From an uncultured delta proteobacterium (GTDB lineage Bacteria; Myxococcota_A; Polyangia; Palsa-1104): DNA of 11,809 bases. The stretch lies in NCBI GenBank assembly GCA_963785725.1, contig CAWAWS010000032.1, forward strand, positions 1 to 11,809, read 5' to 3'. Made by a program: the position numbers and the translations under genes. Positions 7,234-11,809 of the stretch are shown here, in pieces (positions within the stretch are counted from its first letter, which is position 1; each line of letters begins with the position of its first letter). The notes beneath the pieces are model-generated. The model had not been told where the DNA came from and made no database searches. It was given only the letters and a program-made list of their open reading frames with translations.

Positions 7234-8185
7234 GGAGGCGCACGAGCCGCTCGGCTTCGAGGAGAAACGGGCGGTGATAGTCGGGCATCCGTCCCGACGT
7301 ATCGGGCCCGATGTTGAGGAGGAGGTTGCCGCCGTCCGCTTGCGCGCGCAGCCGCCAGTCGGCGATGGTGGCGGCCGAGGCGTGCGAATAGCAGGCGTTG
7401 GGCTGCCAGAACCAACCCGGCGTCAGCGTCGTGCAGTATTCGAGCGGCAGCTGGCGTGCGCCGAAGATGGGGTCGCGCCGCGGCGGACAGAGCGCCTCCT
7501 GCCAGATGAAGTCGTAGTGCTCGCTCGTGCGCAGATCGACGGGGAGATAATTGGGGACGCCGGGACGATCGGAGCTCGAGTTTTGCACGACGAGACAGCG
7601 CGGCTGCAGCGCGTGGATGAAGTCGTACAGGCGCGCCCACTCCCAGCGCGCGCCTGCGTCGTTGGGCCAGCTCGGATCGTGCGGCCAATCGCGCGTCGGG
7701 TGGTCTTTTTCCCAGGCGCCGTCGAACCACAGCTCGACGATGTCGCCATAGCCGGTCAAGAGCTCGGCCACTTGATCGCGGACATAAGCGGCATAACGCG
7801 CGTCATCGGCGAAGAAGGGGCAATGACGATCGAGCAGCGCGTAGTAGAGGCCGACTTGCAAGCCCTCGGCGCGAAAGGCGCTGACGAACTCGGCCACCCA
7901 GTCGCGCCGCTCGGGCGTCGCCGCGACCGAGTAGGGGGTGTGGCGGCTGGGCCAGAGGCAAAAGCCGTCGACGTGCTTGGCGGTGAGGACGGCGTAGCGC
8001 ATGCCCGACTCGGCGGCCAGGCGCGCCCATTGGCGTGCGTCGAGGGCGGGCGCGCGCACGTCGGCGGCGGGGAAGCGGCCGTCGCCGTTGCCGCAGTAAG
8101 TCCAGGGGCCGAAGTGGATGAACAGGCCGTAGGCGAGGCGCATCCAATCGGCTTGCGCGTCCGTCGGCGCGGCGGCGTCGGGCAT
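7223..8185 (-). CDS. Glycoside hydrolase family 29 (alpha-L-fucosidase-like), catalytic barrel only, 320 aa
   Basis: QADW...YGLFIHFG, LDARQWARLAAESGMRYAVLTAKHVDGFCLWPS, GLQVGLYY, QVAELLTGYG..ELWFDGAW (nucleophile Asp 7723-7721), GWFW, GGNLLLNIGPD..GRMP. Start placed at ATG 8185 because the longer track start (8368) overlaps the divergent gene. Confidence 0.9.
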   Translation of the reverse strand: MPDAAAPTDAQADWMRLAYGLFIHFGPWTYCGNGDGRFPAADVRAPALDARQWARLAAESGMRYAVLTAKHVDGFCLWPSRHTPYSVAATPERRDWVAEFVSAFRAEGLQVGLYYALLDRHCPFFADDARYAAYVRDQVAELLTGYGDIVELWFDGAWEKDHPTRDWPHDPSWPNDAGARWEWARLYDFIHALQPRCLVVQNSSSDRPGVPNYLPVDLRTSEHYDFIWQEALCPPRRDPIFGARQLPLEYCTTLTPGWFWQPNACYSHASAATIADWRLRAQADGGNLLLNIGPDTSGRMPDYHRPFLLEAERLVRLHGG

Positions 8186-8193
8186 GACGTGTG

Positions 8194-8202
8194 ATTGTGC
8201 CA
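8194..8202 (-). promoter_or_regulatory. Putative extended -10 (TG-G-CACAAT) 8 nt before the GH29 ATG
   Basis: Minus strand TGGCACAAT-cacacgtc-ATG. No Shine-Dalgarno. Confidence 0.4.
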
Positions 8203-8289
8203 CAGCCGCGCCTGCGACGGCGGCCGGCGGCTGAATTGATCGGGCTGACGGGGTCGAGCCGGCACTGGCCGTCATGTCGCGCGCACCGC

Positions 8290-8318
8290 TTGCGTGGCGA
8301 CGACGGCGCATCGATGAT
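8290..8318 (+). promoter_or_regulatory. Putative sigma70 promoter TTGCGT-N17-GATGAT, 6 nt before the YVTN gene ATG
   Basis: TTGCGT 8290-8295, 17-nt spacer, GATGAT 8313-8318, then gcgcgg-ATG 8325. No clear Shine-Dalgarno. Confidence 0.45.
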
Positions 8319-8324
8319 GCGCGG

Positions 8325-9347
8325 ATGCGCCTCACCCTCGTCATCGGCCTCGTCTTCTTCGCCGCCACCGCTCACGCGTCACCTACGCTCTATGTCAGCT
8401 GCGAGGACGAGGGCGCCATCGGCGTCATCGACGTCACCCAGCCGACGCTGCGCGCCACCTGGAACGCCGGCAAACGCCCGCGCGGCATCCGCTTGTCCCC
8501 CGACGGCACGAAGCTCTATGTCGCGCTCTCGGGCTCGCCCAAAGGCGGCCCCGGCGTCGACGAGTCGAAGCTGCCGCCGGCCGACCGCAGCCTCGACGGC
8601 ATCGGCGAGGTCGACCTGGCTTTAGGCAAGCTCTTGCGCACGCTGTCGAGCGGCCAGGATCCGGAGTCGTTCGACATCAGCCGCGACGGCAAGACGCTCA
8701 TCGTGTCCAACGAGGAGACGGCGCAGGCGTCGTTCGTCGACGTCGCCAGCGGCAAAGTGCGCGCGCACGCCGAGGTCGGCGGCGAGCCCGAAGGCGTCGG
8801 CCTGCGCCCCGACGGCAAGCAGGTGTGGGTGACGAGCGAGGCCGACGGCCAAGTCTTCGCCGTCGATACGCGCACGCACAAGGTCGTGGCCAAGGTCGCG
8901 GTGCCGCCGCGGCCGCGCGTCGTCATCTTCACGCCCGACGGCAAGCTGGCCTACGTCTCGTCGGAGAATGGCGCCGCGGTCACCGTCGTCGACGCGCACA
9001 CGGCGCAGGTCGCCGGCACCATCGCCATCCCCAACGACGGCGTGACCGGCCCGCTCGGCGCGCGCCCGATGGGCCTCGCGCTGTCCGCCGACGGCAAGAC
9101 GCTGTACGTCGGCAACGGTCGCGGCGGCACCATCAGCATCGTCGACACGGCCACGCACAAGGTGACGCGCACGATCGCCAAAGTCGGCGCGCGGCCGTGG
9201 GGCTTGGCGCTCTCCGCCGACGGCAAGACGCTGTACAGCGCCAACGGTCCCTCGAACGACGTCTCCGTCATCGACCTCGACGCCGGCAAAGTGGTCACCA
9301 AGGTCGCCGCCTGCCGCGGCCCGTGGGGACTCGTGCTGTCGCGCTGA
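8325..9347 (+). CDS. Secreted YVTN-family seven-bladed beta-propeller protein, 340 aa
   Basis: Signal peptide MRLTLVIGLVFFAATAHA-S, then repeats of about 42 aa with the pattern P.G...SPDGK.LYV......V.V.D (GKRPRGIRLSPDGTKLYV; DPESFDISRDGKTLIV; EPEGVGLRPDGKQVWV; RPRVVIFTPDGKLAYV; RPMGLALSADGKTLYV; RPWGLALSADGKTLYS), closed by GPWGLVL. Confidence 0.93.
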   Translation: MRLTLVIGLVFFAATAHASPTLYVSCEDEGAIGVIDVTQPTLRATWNAGKRPRGIRLSPDGTKLYVALSGSPKGGPGVDESKLPPADRSLDGIGEVDLALGKLLRTLSSGQDPESFDISRDGKTLIVSNEETAQASFVDVASGKVRAHAEVGGEPEGVGLRPDGKQVWVTSEADGQVFAVDTRTHKVVAKVAVPPRPRVVIFTPDGKLAYVSSENGAAVTVVDAHTAQVAGTIAIPNDGVTGPLGARPMGLALSADGKTLYVGNGRGGTISIVDTATHKVTRTIAKVGARPWGLALSADGKTLYSANGPSNDVSVIDLDAGKVVTKVAACRGPWGLVLSR

Positions 9348-9473
9348 GCTCGGACGGCGGCCGCGGCAACGGCGGGTCGATCGTCGCGATCAGCGTCCGT
9401 TGACATCGCTGATGCGGCCGCGCGCGCCGCGCACGACGACGTGTGCGCATGTCTCCCACCGTCGAGGACGGGT

Positions 9474-9540
9474 TTGACGCGCGCGTATCCACCCTCTACC
9501 ATCGCCAAAGCCCGATCGCATCCACGCGCGGGCGGAAAGG
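9474..9540 (+). promoter_or_regulatory. sigma70-type promoter TTGACG-N17-TACCAT and purine-rich RBS (GGAAAGG)
   Basis: TTGACG 9474-9479 (5/6 match), 17-nt spacer, TACCAT 9497-9502 (TAnnnT, 4/6 match). GGAAAGG 9534-9540 is 8 nt before ATG 9549. Confidence 0.7.
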
Positions 9541-9548
9541 CCACGACC

Positions 9549-11282
9549 ATGAGCACTCGATGGCGTTGGGGCACCATGTCGCTCGTCGCGCTGGCACTGG
9601 CGGCGGCGCAATGCTCCAAGCACAGCGGCGGCGGCACCGCCGGCGGTGGCGGCAACGGCGGTGGCACGGCCGGCGGTAGCTCCGGCGGCGGCGGCACAGC
9701 TGGCGGCGACGGCGGCGGCACAGCCGGCGGCGGCGGCGGCGCGACCGGCGGCAGCGAGTCGGTGCTCCAGCGCGGCAAGGATCTTTACCGCAGCAGCAAC
9801 TTCATCGAGAGCGGCCTCACCCAGGCGGCGGCGAAGACCATGGCACTCGATGCCACATTCACCAAGAACGCCACCTTCCCCGCCAACGGCGCCATGTACG
9901 GCACCGCGTCGGTGCTCTACCTGCAAGAAGGGCCGACCGCGGCCGGCTGCCCGACCGCGGCGACCGGCTGCACCGCCACGGCGCGCGCGGCCGGCGACGG
10001 CATCTTCTTCGCCTTCGCCGCGCTCGGCGCCAACCCCAACATCTACGCCTTCGACGAGACCACTGGGCTGCTGGTGTGGACCGCTTACGTCCCGGGCGGC
10101 AAGGACGGCATTCGCGGCACGCCGGTCATCGATCCCACGTCGCGTCGCCTCTTCGTCGTCACCGGTCCGAGCACGGCCGCGCCCATCCAGCACCAAGTGC
10201 ACGCGCTCAACGTCGACGACGGCACCGAGGTCACCACCGGCGGCTGGCCCTTGGCGCTGTCGAAGACGACGCTCACCAGCGGCACCGCCAGCTTCAACAG
10301 CACCGATCAGAACATGCACGGCGGCATGTTGCTGATGAACAACATCTTGTACGTCTCGTTCGGCGGCCACTTCGGCGACGGCGGCACCTACCTCGGCTGG
10401 GTCGTGGCCGTCGACATCACCGACTCGACGAAGCTCGCCGGCTGGGCCACCCAGTCGACGCAGTCGGGCATCTGGGGCGCGGGCGGCCTCATCGGCGACG
10501 GCACCAACGTCTACGCCGTCACCGGCAACACCGGCAGCGGCACCGATCGCAGCATGTCCGACTCCGAGGAGGTCGTGCGACTGAGCGGCATGGCGCAGCT
10601 GACCCGCGGCGGCTCCAGCATCTATGTGCCGACGGCCTACGACACCTGGGACGGCGCCGATCTCGACTTCGGCTCGTCCACGCCCGCCTACGTGCCCGTC
10701 TCGGGCGGCACGCCGCTTCTGATCGCGCCCGCCAAGCCCGGCATGCTCTACCTGCTCGACGCCGCCAACCTATCGGGCAGCGTGAATTATCCGACGGTGC
10801 AAGGCGGCGAGCTGGCCAAGCTGCAGGTGGCGAGCACCACCGCGGAGTCCGTCTACACCGCGCCCAGCGTCTACACCTCGGCGTCGGGGCTGCACACCGC
10901 CATCAACGTCGGCGTCTCGCCGTTCGGCTGCACCAACAACCCCGGCGCCGCCGCGGTCATGTCGTTCACGGTCACCACCGGCGCCGCGCCGGCCATCAAG
11001 CTCGCGTGGTGCGCGGCGGACGCCGGCGGCGGCAAGATGAACTACCCGCCCATCGCCACCGCCAGCGACGCCAACGGCACCGACTCCATGGTCTGGTTCA
11101 TGGGCGCCAGCAACGGCACGCAGCTCGTCGCCGTCGACGGCGACACCGGCGCCAACGTGTTCACCACCACCGGCACCGCGTGCGACGACGTGCCCAATCT
11201 GAGCTGGCCGATCGCGGTCAAGAACCGCATCGTCGTGGCTGCGCTCGGTCATCTCTGCTCGTGGTCGCCCGGTGGCAAGTAG
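9549..11282 (+). CDS. Exported, probably lipidated, PQQ-like (quinoprotein/BamB-fold) beta-propeller protein with Gly-rich tether, 577 aa
   Basis: Signal MSTRWRWGTMSLVALALAAAQ-C, then a Gly linker. PQQ-repeat blade ends AFDETTGLLVW, ALNVDDGTEVTTGGW and AVDGDTGANVF. Motifs GIRGTPVID, LYVSFGGH.GD.G.Y.GWV, GIWGAGG, DLDFGSS and K.G.LYLLD, which I recall from uncharacterised 'pyrrolo-quinoline quinone'-annotated propellers. Biochemical function not determined. Confidence 0.85.
   Translation: MSTRWRWGTMSLVALALAAAQCSKHSGGGTAGGGGNGGGTAGGSSGGGGTAGGDGGGTAGGGGGATGGSESVLQRGKDLYRSSNFIESGLTQAAAKTMALDATFTKNATFPANGAMYGTASVLYLQEGPTAAGCPTAATGCTATARAAGDGIFFAFAALGANPNIYAFDETTGLLVWTAYVPGGKDGIRGTPVIDPTSRRLFVVTGPSTAAPIQHQVHALNVDDGTEVTTGGWPLALSKTTLTSGTASFNSTDQNMHGGMLLMNNILYVSFGGHFGDGGTYLGWVVAVDITDSTKLAGWATQSTQSGIWGAGGLIGDGTNVYAVTGNTGSGTDRSMSDSEEVVRLSGMAQLTRGGSSIYVPTAYDTWDGADLDFGSSTPAYVPVSGGTPLLIAPAKPGMLYLLDAANLSGSVNYPTVQGGELAKLQVASTTAESVYTAPSVYTSASGLHTAINVGVSPFGCTNNPGAAAVMSFTVTTGAAPAIKLAWCAADAGGGKMNYPPIATASDANGTDSMVWFMGASNGTQLVAVDGDTGANVFTTTGTACDDVPNLSWPIAVKNRIVVAALGHLCSWSPGGK
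9624..9755 (+). repeat. Gly-rich low-complexity tandem repeat, GGGTAGG x4, encoding a 44-aa flexible linker
   Basis: SGGGTAGGGGNGGGTAGGSSGGGGTAGGDGGGTAGGGGGATGGS, built on GGC codon runs. Confidence 0.9.
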
Positions 11283-11809
11283 CCGCGGCCTCGTCGCCTT
11301 GGTCGTGGCCTTCGTCGGCTGCGGTGGCGGCAGCGGCGGGGCGCGCGATCTCGGCGTCGGCGTCGACATGAGCAGCGCCGACCTCGGCGCCGGCGATGCC
11401 GGCGGCGACATGGCGCAGCCCGCGTGCATCACGCCGGCCACGCCCGGCAGCTGCGCCGCGCCGGTCATGACCAACCTGCCCTATTGCAACCTCGCCGACA
11501 CCGGCTGCATGGATTCGGCGCAGCCCACGCAGTTCGTCGCCGACGCGCAGTATTACGAGGTCAACAGCCCGCTGTGGTCCGACGGCGCCGCCAAGTCGCG
11601 CGCCTTCGTGCTCCCGGCGACCGGCAAGATCAGCGTCAAGAACTGCGGCGCCGACGCCACGCCGACGCAGCTCGCGCAGTGCGTGTCGCCGGGCGGCGTG
11701 CCCCAAGGCGACGCCGAGACCGGCAAGTGGGTCTTCCCCGTCGGCACCGTGATGCTCAAGAACTTCTCGTTCGACGGCAAGGTGGTCGAGACGCGCCTCT
11801 TCATGCACG
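11272..11809 (+). CDS. Lipoprotein with SO2930-family (diheme c-type cytochrome, TIGR03806-like) N-terminal domain; runs off the window
   Basis: Translated by hand from GTG 11272 (11-nt overlap with the upstream gene; in-frame TGA at 11200 bounds it): MASSRGLVALVVAFVG-CGGGSGGARDLGVGVDMSSADLGAGDAGGDMAQP...NLADTGCMD...YEVNSPLWSDGAAKSRAFVLP...KWVFPVGTVMLKNFSFDGKVVETRLFMH. The L..TG, Y.VNSPLWSDGA.K.R, W.FPVGTV..K.F and ETRL motifs match the family as I recall it. No CxxCH lies within the window. Confidence 0.85.
   Translation, partial: MASSRGLVALVVAFVGCGGGSGGARDLGVGVDMSSADLGAGDAGGDMAQPACITPATPGSCAAPVMTNLPYCNLADTGCMDSAQPTQFVADAQYYEVNSPLWSDGAAKSRAFVLPATGKISVKNCGADATPTQLAQCVSPGGVPQGDAETGKWVFPVGTVMLKNFSFDGKVVETRLFMH

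Noticed and set aside
5179..8194. Long ORFs 5179..7317 (+), 5222..7174 (-) and 7190..8194 (+)
   Set aside because: Antisense or off-frame shadows of the GH38 and GH29 genes.
9058..9240. Near-direct DNA repeat (GGCGCGCG.CC...GGC.T.GCGCT.TCCGCCGACGGCAAGACGCTGTAC) at about 126-bp spacing
   Set aside because: Two adjacent YVTN blades within a coding region; not CRISPR or a mobile repeat.
9400..9405. Perfect TTGACA as a -35 box
   Set aside because: No -10-like hexamer 16-18 nt downstream; the TTGACG/TACCAT pair at 9474-9502 is a much better match.
8951..11808. Minus-strand ORFs 8951..9778, 9390..10370, 10770..11474 and 11218..11808, and plus-strand ORF 10076..11371
   Set aside because: Shadows of the three plus-strand exported-protein genes; the Pro-rich stretch is the antisense of the Gly linker.

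Overview
Very GC-rich bacterial DNA (about 70% by eye). The gene types suggest Myxococcota, probably Polyangia-like; this is inferred from a signal-peptide TPR protein, a PAS/GAF kinase coupled to a lone receiver, and lipoproteins with Gly-rich and D-[LM]-[AGS] linkers. Left to right: a partial secreted TPR gene (-, absent from the ORF track); a CheY-like receiver and a soluble PAS-PAS-PAS-GAF histidine kinase (-); a metallo-beta-lactamase-fold hydrolase broken by one frameshift near 3604 (+); a small hypothetical ORF (+); a cytoplasmic GH29-like plus GH38 glycosidase pair (-); a secreted YVTN beta-propeller (+); and an operon with a clear sigma70 promoter encoding a PQQ-like beta-propeller lipoprotein and a partial SO2930-family (diheme cytochrome c-type) lipoprotein (+, absent from the ORF track). 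Best leads: (1) the propeller plus SO2930-family pair as a possible tethered redox module; (2) a minimal GH29 lacking several usual fucose-binding residues; (3) three genes with leaderless-type promoter geometry. No mobile element, CRISPR array or RNA gene was seen. All family calls are by-eye motif recognition, not database searches.
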